Below are positions 1 to 12,055 of a stretch of 64,000 nt of DNA, one piece after another. The stretch is from assembly GCA_030264375.1 (NCBI GenBank), contig JASCQW010000112.1, positions 31,642,764-31,706,763 of the forward strand, given 5' to 3'. Numbering within the stretch: the first letter of the stretch is position 1; the number at the start of each line of letters is the position of its first letter. Both the position numbers and the translations under genes were made by a program. A model generated the notes under the pieces. It saw only the letters and a list, made by a program, of their open reading frames with translations. It was not told the DNA's origin and did not search any database. Source of the stretch: Carcharhinus longimanus. Its lineage: Eukaryota.

Positions 1-190
1 TCCCACACCCCAAAGATGTGCTCTTAGGCTGATTGGTGTAACAAATTGTCCCTAAATTAGTCTCCCCTCAATCTGGTCAATGTGGAGTGCCATAAGCGTA
101 GACAAGGGTCATGGGTGGAAGAGGGAACTCACAATGTTAAAATGGCGGCGCAGGCTCGTTGGGCCGAAGGGCTTGTTTCCCGTGCTGTGT
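1..190 (+). mobile_element. 3' part of HE1/V-SINE-like element
   Basis: tcccacaccccaaagatgtgc V-domain end and a CR1-type tail tgggccgaagggcttgtttcc.gtgctgt. Confidence 0.6.
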
Positions 191-948
191 TGTTCTTTGA
201 GTTGCAACTGTTTATGTTTGAGTTGATACTAGAAGTGTTAAATAAAGGAATTGTTGAATTATTTTCCTTGTTTGTTTCATTAAGCTGGAATGCTTGGAAG
301 GTGTTGAAATTAAAGCTGTATAACACATCCCACACAGAATCAATGCTCCATTTCCTTCACATTCCTTTAATGTGATTAATTAATGAGATACAGTTGTTTA
401 CCCTGTTCACACAGGTTCCGATGCCATTACCCTTGCATTACTGACTTGCACTTACAAAAGTTTGTCATGCAAAGATGTCTTTTTAACTTTAACTCCAGAA
501 AATTCTGTATCTTCAGGAGAAATTTATTTGGCATAGAATATTAGAGATGGAATAAGGGGATCATATCTGGCTAAAAATGTGAGGGACAGCAATCGTCAGA
601 ACTAGAATTTTTCCATATGTTTGTCAATCAAAAATTTTCCTGCTACCTTCAGTATGCAATATAATTCTAAACTAAACAGTGCAGTTGAGCAAATATGGCT
701 GCTTAATTAGTTTACCACGATATGTAAAACAATTCCTAAATGTTAAGAATTTAGGTCCACACCAACACCCACACCAGAGAAGGGATTGAAGAAAAGAAAG
801 AATATATATCTCAGCACCAAACTCCAATGCTTTCAATTAAACACAGGTTTTTGGCCAGTCAATATAAACTGAAATGGCCTCAAGAACTCTGGTTATCCAT
901 TAGTTAGAATGAATATAATTTGCCAAATGCCACTGTTCATGCCACTAT

Positions 949-954
949 TTTATT
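949..954 (-). terminator. Candidate polyadenylation signal AATAAA
   Basis: TTTATT on the plus strand, about 1.07 kb downstream of the stop; alternatives at 1181-1186 and 523-528. Confidence 0.4.
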
Positions 955-1730
955 GTATACGTTTACATAACACTTTTGTTAAGCAGTGTATTACTATCAA
1001 CTATGAAAAACAGTTCAGTCACTTAGTCATACATAATATAGCCCACTGTTATAATCTTATACATCACAATATTTACATTCAATACTACCCTGTGCTCAAG
1101 TTAACAGAACTGTTAGGAAAAGATTAGATATGAAACATGGTAAACAAGCCAAAGATTGTTTTGTTACATGTATAAACTCATTTATTAGGATGTGTGCCTA
1201 GAATTATTTCAAAAAGAAAAATGTAATTGGAAAAAATAAATGAAAAATTCTTTAATATAGAAATATACTTGAATACTTAGTTCAATGAAGTGCTGTAGTG
1301 TTTTGCACCAAACTGTGGTGAAAGTTATTGCATCATTTCCATAATAGACACAGAAGTTAATTGATGACAATATCCTCTGCTCATTCTCACATTCGCCATT
1401 CCATTAGTCACATACACTTCACTTACCTCAAACAACTCAGACAGTGCACCTCACCTTACTAAAACCCTTGTTCATCTCAATTGCAGCATTATCACATTAT
1501 TTTAAAGTCTTTTTTCATGTCCAAGCATACATTTCATAATCCTTTAACTGCTCTAATTATCATAAAATCAAACTCTGCTAGTCCATTCATCTGGCCTTTC
1601 AATAATTATAACTTCCTCCCTGAAACCCAAGAAAGTTACATTAAAACATCTCCCTTACCACCACTGCCAGCCAAGCATGTCACATACTTACAATACTGAG
1701 GTCATGTGGTTTTCAGATAACACCACTTCC

Positions 1731-1853
1731 TCTGTGTGTATGTGTGATGTCCAGGTCTAAATGTGTGCACGTATGGGTCCATGCACATGTGCAAGTGTGC
1801 ATGTTTTTGTTTGTGTACACGTGAAGGTGTGCTTGGGTACACATATGCGTGTT
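1731..1853. repeat. Degenerate (TG/CA)n purine-pyrimidine tract in the 3'UTR
   Basis: tgtgtgtatgtgtg...gcacatgtgcaagtgtgcatg...tgtgtacacgtg...acacatatgcgtgt. Confidence 0.6.
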
Positions 1854-2021
1854 CTTCGGATGTAGCGATGCGACTTTGTTCAGAGAAAAAGCACCATAAA
1901 CTACTGCATATCCAAATCACAGCACATAAATATCTAGTTCCTCGTTAGGGAGGAGAACACCTCCATTACGTAGCAGATTGTATTTGTTCCAGATTCCAAT
2001 TAAAAGGACTCAAGAATATTC

Positions 2022-2063
2022 CTAAGCCAGAGATCGTTGCCGGGGCTTTATTCTAGGATACAA
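2022..2063 (-). CDS. PPP1R13B: ASPP1 last coding exon (LYPRIKPRQRSLA*)
   Basis: Acceptor ttttgttacag at 2064+, phase 0; TAG stop at 2022-2024; typical ASPP C-terminus. Confidence 0.95.
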   Translation of the reverse strand: MYPRIKPRQRSLA

Positions 2064-4190
2064 CTGTAACAAAATAAGAAGAAAAGGACATTAAAATAAT
2101 GATAATATTACTATATTGTACTTTCCAAACAATTGTACTTCCTTCTTCAGTCACAAACAAACAGTCTGAGCTAAGGATGTCACTACAGTCAATACTAATA
2201 CTGCTCTGAATTTGATAAAATTTATAGGAACATGTGGCAATGTCAGGAAACAAAGTCCACTGTAGAATAAGATGACAAAAATTAACCAGGTGTAAAAGGA
2301 GAAGATATGAAGAGAGTAAATGCTTGGTCAAAGAGGCATGTTTTAAGGAGGGTCTTCAAAGAGAGGTGGTAGGTTAAAGGTTTAGAGAAGCAATTTCATA
2401 ATGTAGGTTCTAGACAGCTAAAAATACAGCCAGGAACAGTGAGGGATGCATAAATCCAGGGCTGGAAGAACAAAGAATCTTTGGATAGTTGTAGGCTTGG
2501 AAAAATGAACCAAGCAGGGATTTGAACAATAGATTGGAAGGCAAAATTGATTATTATTATTAGTAAATTCCCTATTTCTTCATCTAAATCAGCTTTATGA
2601 TCATACTAGCAAACAAATGGCTAAATACATTCAAGCACATTAATTTACTTCCCCCATTTCACAGTAGGGTTCTGATAGTTGAAAGATAGATTCATGGTAC
2701 AGGTGGCTGCCATTCAGTTCATGATGTCAGTCAGAAAAGTGCCATCCATTTTAATTGCATCTTCCAGCTTTTGGTCTGTAGCTTATGGCACCTCAAGGAC
2801 ATATCCAAATGCTTTTTATATGCTTCTGGTATATTTAGAATTAATTTAATAGAAAAGCTAGTGCAGCTCTAGGCTATGGAGGCCAGTCTTAAAGGGTTAG
2901 CTATTTTTGGCCTCAAGATGGGACAGCAAGGAAAGTGAACACTTGCTCAATAATTAAACTGTCAATATAAATGGTCTTGAGAAAAGGTGAACATTCTTAC
3001 ATGGCTTACTACTTTTTTTCAATGCCAATTATTTTCTTTTGATCAAATTTGAGTCGCCTTGAATGTCTCTGGTTCAGCCCACCACCAGTTAACTAATGAT
3101 CATTAGTGGCAGTCTGTACTTGCTGATTTAATATTATGTATTAACATAGCTCACTCTGATCATTTCAACTAGCTTTTAAATCTTCTTACAGTCTCAAATT
3201 TTTGTTCTCAATACCAAGTTTTTAACTGAAATGGAAATCAGTATTTGTCCAAAGCAGTATCAATGATTTTAAAAAAAATTATAATCTCAACTTTAAATAA
3301 TCCTATGGCCAAAGAGTATAATTCCAAGTTCTTTTAGCTTTCCTTATTTCATCCAGCAGTTAGATGTACAGCAGCAACTATAGAAAACTTGCTGCAGCCC
3401 ACAAATTCAAAGCAATAATCTTATCATAAATTAGAATTATGGGGCCAAACTTCATGCTGCTATTTTTGCACTTTATACTTGATATCTGTTTCTAGGCTGC
3501 CTCTATCCAATAGTTTTGTAAAGCAAAGGATAATAAGAAGCACCACAGTTTGTAACATATAGGAAATGTAGTAATTGATTTGGACTGTGCTATAAATAGT
3601 TTGTCCTGTTAAAACTAATGAATCATATGGATCAGTGGCACAAAAATCAATAACTGACATTTAGAATTTAATGATACATCAGTTGTTAATGAAAATATTT
3701 ATTTTTTCTTCAGTTATGTTGTTCATTCTTTACACTAACTTCTATTTTCTTGGACTGGTCCCCAAGAAGATTTCTCCAACCTGACCTTTTACACTCTTCC
3801 AGTCTCTTTAGCTACTGATTAGCTAGCAAACTTGGATTAAGAGTTCTTGGAACCTTGGGCATCAATAACATTTCAGCCTTTCCCCTTGACACAAAGTATC
3901 AAGCCAATCCACTAAAACTCCGATGTATAGTAAAATACATAAAGCTGCAGGCTTGCAGAATATCTACAAACTAGATTAATCAGAATTACAACACTTAGGC
4001 ACCACAGTCTACCATTCTTAAATGACAGGAGCACATATGGGTCGTCTGACATGAGTTTCTAAATTTGGCTGGGTCTTCTAACATCATAATAATACTAGCT
4101 GACGGACAGATTAAGTTATTTTTGTTTTATTTGCACTATTACATTTTAATGAAAAAATGTATAAAGTTACAGAATATTGGCTATATTTAC

Positions 4191-4390
4191 CCCTAGCAGA
4201 TTGCGAGGAACATAGCCTTCCTTGTCATTCAAACGAGCCCACCACCAGTCTGTTTCATTGTCATCTTTACGCCTCAGGACCATCAGAGGATCTCCTTCAT
4301 GGAATGATAACTCATCACTGTTCTTGGCCTCGTAGTCCCACAAAGCATAAACCACACCTTTGTTCATGACACCCATTTTTTCTTGTACTC
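4191..4390 (-). CDS. PPP1R13B: ASPP1 exon, SH3 domain ([34 protein letters not shown]...[19 protein letters not shown])
   Basis: cacaatag acceptor, gtaaat donor, 200 nt, phase 1->0; ALWDY/WW/GYVP SH3 signature. Confidence 0.96.
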
Positions 4391-4954
4391 CTATTGTGGA
4401 TTGAAAGTAATTCGCAATTACCCCAGGAACTGACAAACATGTTGCTGGTCATTGAACAAACAAAATGTATGCTTTAGAGTTATACTTGCTTACTGGATCA
4501 AATATTTTCTTTTGCATTCAGAAGTATTCATTTAAACATGTTTAGTTAATATATGTATCCAGACTTATAAAAATGTATCAAGTATCCTCTCAGGCTGGTC
4601 ACTATCATATAGTTGAGAGAGCAAAACAGCATTGCTCCTGGACTCGACTACAAAATGCTATTCTAGAATGGAAAGTAGACAGGGGGAGAAATTACTCTTC
4701 TTTAAAAATTGGCTCGTTCTCCCTTCTCAAAAGAAGGAATGCATTGCTGTCAATTAGCAATCCATTAAGGGGTTTTAGGAAATTTTTTTTTGCCAAGTAG
4801 CAAAAAAAAGTGGCAAACAGCCTCATGATTTTCTGCTTAAGGAATTAAGTTGAACTGTTGGAACAGTTATACTAAAATTACCATTATCACAGAACTGAAT
4901 CTTTGTATACATGCTGTGGATTTGCCACTAATTTACAATTTTGTATTACATAAA

Positions 4955-5590
4955 GATGGCAGGACATGTTGAGCGACTAGTTAATAAAGCATATTGTATC
5001 CTACATTCTATTAATAAGGACATTGAGACAAGAGTAAGGAGGTCATGTTGAACATGTTTAAGATACTATTCAGGCCTCATCTGGAGTATGGAGACAACTT
5101 CTGCATGCCATAATGGAGGAAGGATGTAAAGGCATCAGAAAGTACAGCAGAGATTCACAGGAACAATTCCAGGGATAAACAATTGTAACTATGAAGATAG
5201 CTTGAAGACATTGGATCTGTTTATCTTGGAGAAAAGAAGGCCGAGAGGAGACCTGATCGACATGTTCAAGATACTGATGGATACGGATAGAGTAAATAGT
5301 GAGAAACTGTTCCTTCACAAGAGAGCATCAAATAATAGGCAAAAGGGGCATAATGGGAGGAAAAATGTTTTCACCCAGAGGGTGGCTGGAGTCTGGAACA
5401 ACTTTGAGATGGTGGTAGAAGCAGATTCAATCTAGGTATTCAGAATTCAGAGGGAATTAGATTGCTACTTAAAAAGAATGAATGTGCAAGGTTACAGGGA
5501 TAAAGGTAGGGGAGTGGGACCAGGTAGGATGTGCAAACTCGATGTGCTGAATGACCTTCTTCTGCACTGTAAGGATTCTGTGATAAAACA
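4955..5590 (+). mobile_element. CR1-type LINE 3' fragment
   Basis: ORF2 C-terminal remnant LFILEKRRPRGDLIDMFKIL...FTQRVAGVWN, followed by tail. Confidence 0.8.
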
Positions 5591-6209
5591 TTCAAAAGTG
5601 AAAGGAACAATGTCAGGAGTGTCTAGGGTGTATTTGTTCACAAAGTATATAACCTGACACTGGTTTATGTCCATAAATGGCAAGTTCCTGATCATGGCAA
5701 GCTTGAAACAGAAGCAGCAAGCAGAGACTAAACACCAACATGGAGGGTGAGAAGTGAATCAATCTAAATATTGGTTAGATGGCTCAGTGTATAGTTAGTA
5801 AAGACAGAACATTTGACTTGAACAGAGAAACTTGATAAAGTGATCAACATTTAGTGCAACATTTAGCACTGCTTAATTCATTTTGCCAAATTTTTAAGAG
5901 AACATAAGAACATAAGAAATAGGAGCAGGAGTAGGCCATCTAGTCCCTCGAGCCTGCCCCGCCATTCAATAAGANNNNNNNNNNNNNNNNNNNNNNNNNN
6001 NNNNNNNNNNNNNNNNNNNNNNNNNNNNNNNNNNNNNNNNNNNNNNNNNNNNNNNNNNNNNNNNNNNNNNNNNNTCAGACCAACCCCATCCCACCTGAAC
6101 AGGTCCCACCTACCCCAATACTGGTGCCAATGCCCCATAAATTCAAACCCAGAGGGGTTGAACATGTGCACAAGATGAAGAAAGAATCACAAGGTTCATA
6201 AATACTTGC

Positions 6210-6376
6210 CATAAAGGAACTGTGAACACTGTACAAAGCCTTCTTCCATCTCCTCACATTTATCTGCTGCTGTTTCAACATCACTGATGGTGGTGGCAAA
6301 AATAGCAGCACCAGATTCCACAAGCAGTTTGCAGAGTTGGACACTGTTGCAGGAAGCAGCACAGTGTAATGGTGTC
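6210..6376 (-). CDS. PPP1R13B: ASPP1 exon, ankyrin repeats ([27 protein letters not shown]...QCSQFLY), GC donor
   Basis: ttcttctcag acceptor; 167 nt, phase 2->1; the only in-phase donor is G|GCAAGT. Confidence 0.94.
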
Positions 6377-7941
6377 CTGAGAAGAAACCAGTACAATTTC
6401 AGATAACTTCAAGACTAAAGTCACTCAGATATATGCTAGTGAAGTATACATCCTTTTAACCAAATAAATCATATTTCCACATATAGAATAACAATTATTT
6501 AACTACAGGAACAGCTTTTTAACAGTCCTTAAAACTACAGCTATAAATTGCCCAAAATATCCTGTAGGCATAATATGTGGGATGAATTTGACCCAGACCA
6601 TAAATCAATTTGGCTGCAAACATAGAGATGAAGGGTATATCACTTCTATGAGTGGTAGGGGATATGGTGTGGGGAGGACAGGGAAAGAGAAGCATATACA
6701 AATAAAATGTAAATCATTGCAGATTTTGTCCTTGACACTTGTTGCAGACCCTGTACTTCATTCAGAGATTTGCAAATTATTTTCTTAATAATCAGCTGGC
6801 CACGAAAAGGTAAAATATTTTGGAACTTTCCCATCGAGAACAACTTCAAGCAGTAACACCCGATTTCCTTCCCATCTAGCACAAGATAACTATACATTTC
6901 TATTATTAACACAACACTGCATTTCTTCATTGCCTCAGATACTGCCAATCCAGTGTTCAAGGTACAGCCTGACCATAGAATTGTACTGTTTGAACACTAT
7001 TCCCTCTAAATTACAGTATAATGTTTTGTTAATTGCTCCTGTAAACTGATCAGACATGTTTAAGATTCTCAAAACACATAACACCTATTTTTTTCTTATC
7101 TATAGTCCTTTGAACCTGTTTGCATTAAGCTTGATCTACCTTTAATCTATACGCAAACTAATTCTGTAATGAAAATCCTATTCCAGTGTTCAAATGACAA
7201 TGTCAGGAGGAGCAGAGTCAGCTACAATTTTTACCACACTACTTGTTTCTCCAAGGCACAAAGCATTGCAGATTCATTTATTTACTGACAATCATACATT
7301 TTATTCAGTAGAAATGTATAGTGGAAGAGGAAACATTTTAATTTGTTGCATGTAACTCCAGAAAGAGAAATTAAAATTTTCTATGGATAGAACATAGACT
7401 CCACAACTGTCCTCTGTTGGCACAATATGTACTGTACATTGGAGGTAGAGCCATCTCGTTAACTTGCTGTACTTGTAACTAATTTGCAAATAAATGGGTG
7501 ATCAAAAGTTTGGTTGAAAAGGTGCTTTTAAAAAAAAGACTTTTTAAAAACTTGGGGACAGAAAGAAGTGGGGTAAGAGAAAAGAGAGAGAGAAATAAAG
7601 AACAAAAAGGGAGGGGAGAGAAAAAGTGGGGTAAGAGGGCAATAGCGAGAAAGAGCAGGAAAAATTAGAGGGTTAGGAATTCCTGTCCCTGGAGACCAAG
7701 GCTACTGTGGCTGAAGACCATCAGTGGTGAAAGAGATAAAGGGAAAGAAAATGCACAGAAGAAAAACATTTATACAATTACAAGCCCAGTTTAAATCTCC
7801 TAACAAACATTTGCAACAGAAATTTACAATTATAACGAGAGCTTTAAGTTTAATTGAGGACAGATTTCATCAGCTTAGTTTAAATGCATACTGACTACAT
7901 TTCAACCAATATTCATATCAAAAAGAACATCTCAAGCTTAC

Positions 7942-8075
7942 CATCCATCACTGTCTGCTGCATTTGCATTTACACCAAAATCAACAAGGAACTTCACAAT
8001 GTGATGGTGACCAGCACACACTGCATTGTGTAATGGTGTTATTCCTTCATCATTAGGTCTACTAGGATCATTGAC
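7942..8075 (-). CDS. PPP1R13B: ASPP1 exon, ankyrin repeat ([45 protein letters not shown])
   Basis: ttttggccag acceptor, gtaagc donor, 134 nt, phase 0->2; TPLH ankyrin motif. Confidence 0.96.
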
Positions 8076-8192
8076 CTGGCCAAAACAAAAAAAGTGAACA
8101 TATTAAATAACTGTTTAAACAAGACTTGCTATTGTGTAGGAATTTCAAATGCAGCATGCAACAAATTACAATACAAAATGTAAAAAGATTAC

Positions 8193-8330
8193 CTCATAAA
8201 TGATACGCTGCACAAGATCAAATTCTCCTTCTAAAGAAGCATCTAGTAGTAAAGCTAGAGGATCGAATTTTACCCTCATTCCACAACCAGTCCTTTCTGA
8301 ATCAGGCTTTTTTAAATTTGTACGTTTAAT
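8193..8330 (-). CDS. PPP1R13B: ASPP1 exon with PP1-docking RVxF motif ([46 protein letters not shown])
   Basis: tttcctcag acceptor, gtaatc donor, 138 nt, phase 0->0; RVKF motif. Confidence 0.96.
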
Positions 8331-9574
8331 CTGAGGAAATATACTAATATTAGAAGTAAATTCAACAATTTGCAAAAGAGAAACACATCTTTCTAGGACC
8401 ATCTAGCAAAAGTTTTAACAAAAGTTGCTCAAATGTAAAGCTACAATGGCATTTTTGTGATGCTGAATCTTAGCTGCTAATATTTTTGGAATCTTGTCAT
8501 TTCCATGTTTCACATATACTCATACCTTTAATCTTGCATTCATAAAATGTCAAAGCTAGCTGTAGCATCCACAATTCACTTTGATTGAGCTCTGCTTATT
8601 AGCACCGAGGAGGGAATAAAGGCTTACTTTCCATTGCCCTTTATCTGGCTTTGCTTCAAAGGTTCATCTACTCTTCCCTTAAAATGAATCTTATGGCATC
8701 TCCCTTACTCCATGGCAATGCCTTGCCCAGAGTTGACATGCCAAGCAATCAGAATTTTTTTTGGCATTCTTGCAACTGTCCTGATGAATGCATGATAAAA
8801 AGCTTCATCAACATCTATCTATTTTCAGCAATATTCAAGGAATGAAATTCTTAAACTTTTTCTTCACGACTCTTCCCTCAAGCAGGAGTGCTTTGGAAAA
8901 TAACAGGTAAAGTCAAGAAGAAATGGAAGATGAAAGAAAATCATAAATTAAAGTATTTTGTTCATTGGACAAGTTAGCAGGCTAAGGGATGATTGCATCT
9001 AATGGGATTATTTCTAGGATCCTGTGGAAGGTAAACAGGAACTTGCTGGGACCCTAATACCATATTTCAGGTGTCTATGGAGTGTGGATGGGTGCTGGAG
9101 AAATGGAGAGTGACCAAATATTGCCCATTTTTAAAAACTGAGACAGAACTAGTCTGGATAATTACAGTCCAAGATAGAGAAAAAAAATTTACATTACATT
9201 GTAGTTTCATTACCATGAGACATTGCAAAGCATTCATAGCCAATGGTGATAGAGAAATATTTATAAGTAATTTCACTCTTATTTACCTACATAATAATAG
9301 AAACAGAAAACAAAAGTGGCCAGCATGGATTTCTCAAGGTAAGACAGTGCTTGACAAGCCTCAGTGAATTCTTTGAGGAAGTAACAGGTTAGGTACCCGG
9401 ATGAAATGCAGTGGATATAGTGAACACGGATGCTCAGAAAACCCTTCAAGAGGTACCACACAAGAGGTTACAAGAGTAAAGATAGAATTAAGGGACTGGA
9501 TTAAAATGAGTTAGAATGCAGGAGTGAGAGTTAGAGTTAAGCGTAATTGTTTAGGATAGTTGGAAATGGTGATG

Positions 9575-10370
9575 TCAAAGAACAAAGAAAACAAAGTAAG
9601 TTACAGCACAGGAACAGGCCCATCGGCCCTCCAAGCCTGCACTGACTTTCTATTTTCCTTGTATTCCACACTTGCTTCGTATGTTCCCAACCTCCTAGCT
9701 TTGACAAATGCTTCTTTTTTCTCTGACTAGGTTCACAATATCTCTCGTTAGCCAAGGTTCCCAAAATTTGCCATACTTATCCTTCATCCTTACATGACTA
9801 TGCCACTCCTGAATCCCTACCAACTTACACATGAAAGCCCCCCACATGCCAGATGTTGATTTGCTCTCAAACATCTACATTCTTCAGTTCCTGACTAATA
9901 TTGTTGTTATTATCCTTCCCCCAGTTTAGTAACTTGAGGACTACACTTATCTTGATCGAAAAGTACCTTAAAGCTTGCTGAATTGCGGTCACTGTTCCCA
10001 AACTGCTCCCCTACTGAAACACTGACCACCTGGCTGGGCTCATTCCCCAATACCAGGTCCAGTGTGGCTCCTTCCCTGTTTCAAGAAGCCCTTCTGGATA
10101 CTCCTTACAAACTCTGCTCCATCTATATCCTGAGCACTCAGTCCCAGTCAATATAGGGGAAATTAAAATCTCTCACCACAACAATCCTGTTACTTTTACA
10201 CCTTGCCAAAATTTGCCTACATATCTTTTTCTCAATCTCCTGCTGGCAGTTGGGTGGCCTATAGTAAACCCCCAACACTGTGACTACACCTTACCTATTC
10301 CTGAGCTCTACCCATATTGCCTTGCTGCATGAGCCCTCCAAGGTGTCCTCTCTGAGGACAGCTGATAATC
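9575..10370 (-). mobile_element. CR1-type LINE fragment (endonuclease region fused to a 3' tail)
   Basis: Closely similar to 13100-13870; the tail aagaacaaag...acagcacaggaacaggccc lies at 9575-9640. Confidence 0.75.
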
Positions 10371-10786
10371 TCCCAAGAAACTTCACAGGAATCATTGTAA
10401 ACAAATCATGGGGTCGAGCCAGATAAGGTGATATTAGATTAGCTGACCAAAAGCTTGGTCAAAGAGGGTGGTTTTAAGAAGTATATCAAGGAAAAGGGTC
10501 CTTTGTGCCTGCACCACCATTCACTATGAGCATGGCTGCCTGTAATTACATTTCTAGAGAGCTGGGGAAGGGCTTTGTGCGAAGTCCGATCATGAACTCT
10601 GCAGCTTGCTTGCAACTGAAAAAATATTTACAAAGTGTGACTAATTTTGAATAGAGATTGCGCTCTGCACTGACTCTACCCTACTTAAAAGCGAACATAT
10701 TTCTGCTAATAAATAACACACCCCTCCTCAAACTTGCTTTTTTGGTAACTAAATTAACTCAGCCTACTAGAATACTTGTCTCTTTC

Positions 10787-10792
10787 TTTATT
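10787..10792 (-). terminator. Candidate AATAAA for the CHRAC1-like terminal exon
   Basis: TTTATT on the plus strand about 370 nt past the CHRAC1-like stop, within an AT-rich UTR-like stretch. Confidence 0.4.
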
Positions 10793-11160
10793 TTTCCAAA
10801 CATACAAAAGTATATTTCACATATATACACAATATTATACCAAGTTTGTTCTGTTATTTACCAATAACACAACTAGGAAGGAAAAAAACTGATCTTTTCA
10901 AAAAAATACAGCAGTTTCCAATCATTGAACTGACGGAACTGTTAACACTAACTCCAGACTTCCTATTCGATCATTGTTCAGTTCTTCACAGTTGTTTAAT
11001 TTGTGGAATTTACGAATTGTGCATGTGTAAGTTGTGCTGACTTATCCCAAATGCACAATAGTCTTAAGGCTTTGTGTTTTCTTCTTGCTGCCTACTGAAA
11101 GCCTTTGGACAATTGTCAGCTAGATGCTGGTACAGTGAAAAAGCACTTTCTCAATTTCCT

Positions 11161-11318
11161 TTAGGATTCATTTTCTTCATCCTCCTCATCGTCATCCTCC
11201 TCATCACCCTCGTCATTTTCATCATCGTCACCTTCCCGATCTCCACCACCACCACCATCCTTCTCCTCCTCCAGTATCCGGAGGTATTCACTTGCCAAGA
11301 TCTTCTTCGGCAAGATAT
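11161..11318 (-). CDS. CHRAC1: Orphan terminal coding exon of CHRAC1 ([D]ILPKKILASEYLRILEEEKDGGGGGDREGDDDENDEGDEEDDDEEDEENES*)
   Basis: Acceptor attcttacag; phase-1 start; resembles the recalled human CHRAC1 C-terminus FLADILPKKILASKYLKMLKEEK + acidic tail; TAA at 11161-11163. Upstream CHRAC1 exons are not seen. Confidence 0.82.
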
Positions 11319-12055
11319 CTGTAAGAATATTACTGCATGGTTAAAGCGGATGTACTTTATATTAAGTTCTGAGGTAAAGTGTGGGACAAAGGCCGAAATG
11401 AGCCTTTGGTAGCAATACAAACCTGGTGATGGATTTTACACACTTAAATTTTGTTAAAAAGTGACCGCGATACTGCTGAACTGTGAAATAAAACTAAACT
11501 GGTTCACTAATAATTTTTATACCAAAAACCTGCCAACTGTAACCAGATGTGACTGCTGTGTCAGACTTTGGTGACTGACTCTGAAGCAACAGCCCATGCA
11601 GTTGTAAAAACTATCACCAGGCCTGAGGGATGGGCAAGAAGTGTAGTCCTAAAAGCAACAACATGAATTGGCTGAAATCGAGAGAATGAGTTTTCTCAAG
11701 CCATTGTAACTGACGCAAAGAATATCATCTCAGTGCTACTTCTGAGGCTTTTACTGAATTTCCTATTTCAGCGGTCTCCAAACTCCGATCTGGATGTGGC
11801 CCGCTGTGGGCCGTAGTTTGGAGACCCCCTGCCCTATTTGTAAAACTTGTATTGTTGGCTTTACGCTTTCCTCACAAGAGGAAATGTTCTCTGCATCTAC
11901 TCAAGCAAAACCTTACATTATTTTCTAGACCTACTGGGCCATCTTTCAACTCTTCNNNNNNNNNNNNNNNNNNNNNNNNNNNNNNNNNNNNNNNNNNNNN
12001 NNNNNNNNNNNNNNNNNNNNNNNNNNNNNNNNNNNNNNNNNNNNNNNNNNNNNNN

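Larger units (their letters stand above)
930..2021 (-). other. PPP1R13B: Probable ASPP1 3'UTR
   Basis: Follows the stop codon; AT-rich and repeat-poor; minus-strand AATAAA at 1181-1186, 949-954 and 523-528. The end actually used cannot be determined. Confidence 0.55.

Noticed and set aside
1280-1325. Hairpin CACCA-CAGUU-UGGUG in the 3'UTR resembling an iron-responsive element
   Set aside because: The loop is not CAGUGN and the C-bulge geometry does not fit.
5897-5974. Short direct repeats (aagaacat)n and repeated ~40-bp units as a CRISPR-like array
   Set aside because: Eukaryotic retroelement tails and dispersed copies; there is no regular repeat-spacer structure.
11074-11412. Hydrophobic plus-strand ORF resembling a membrane protein
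   Set aside because: It is the antisense of the Asp/Glu-rich CHRAC1-like tail.
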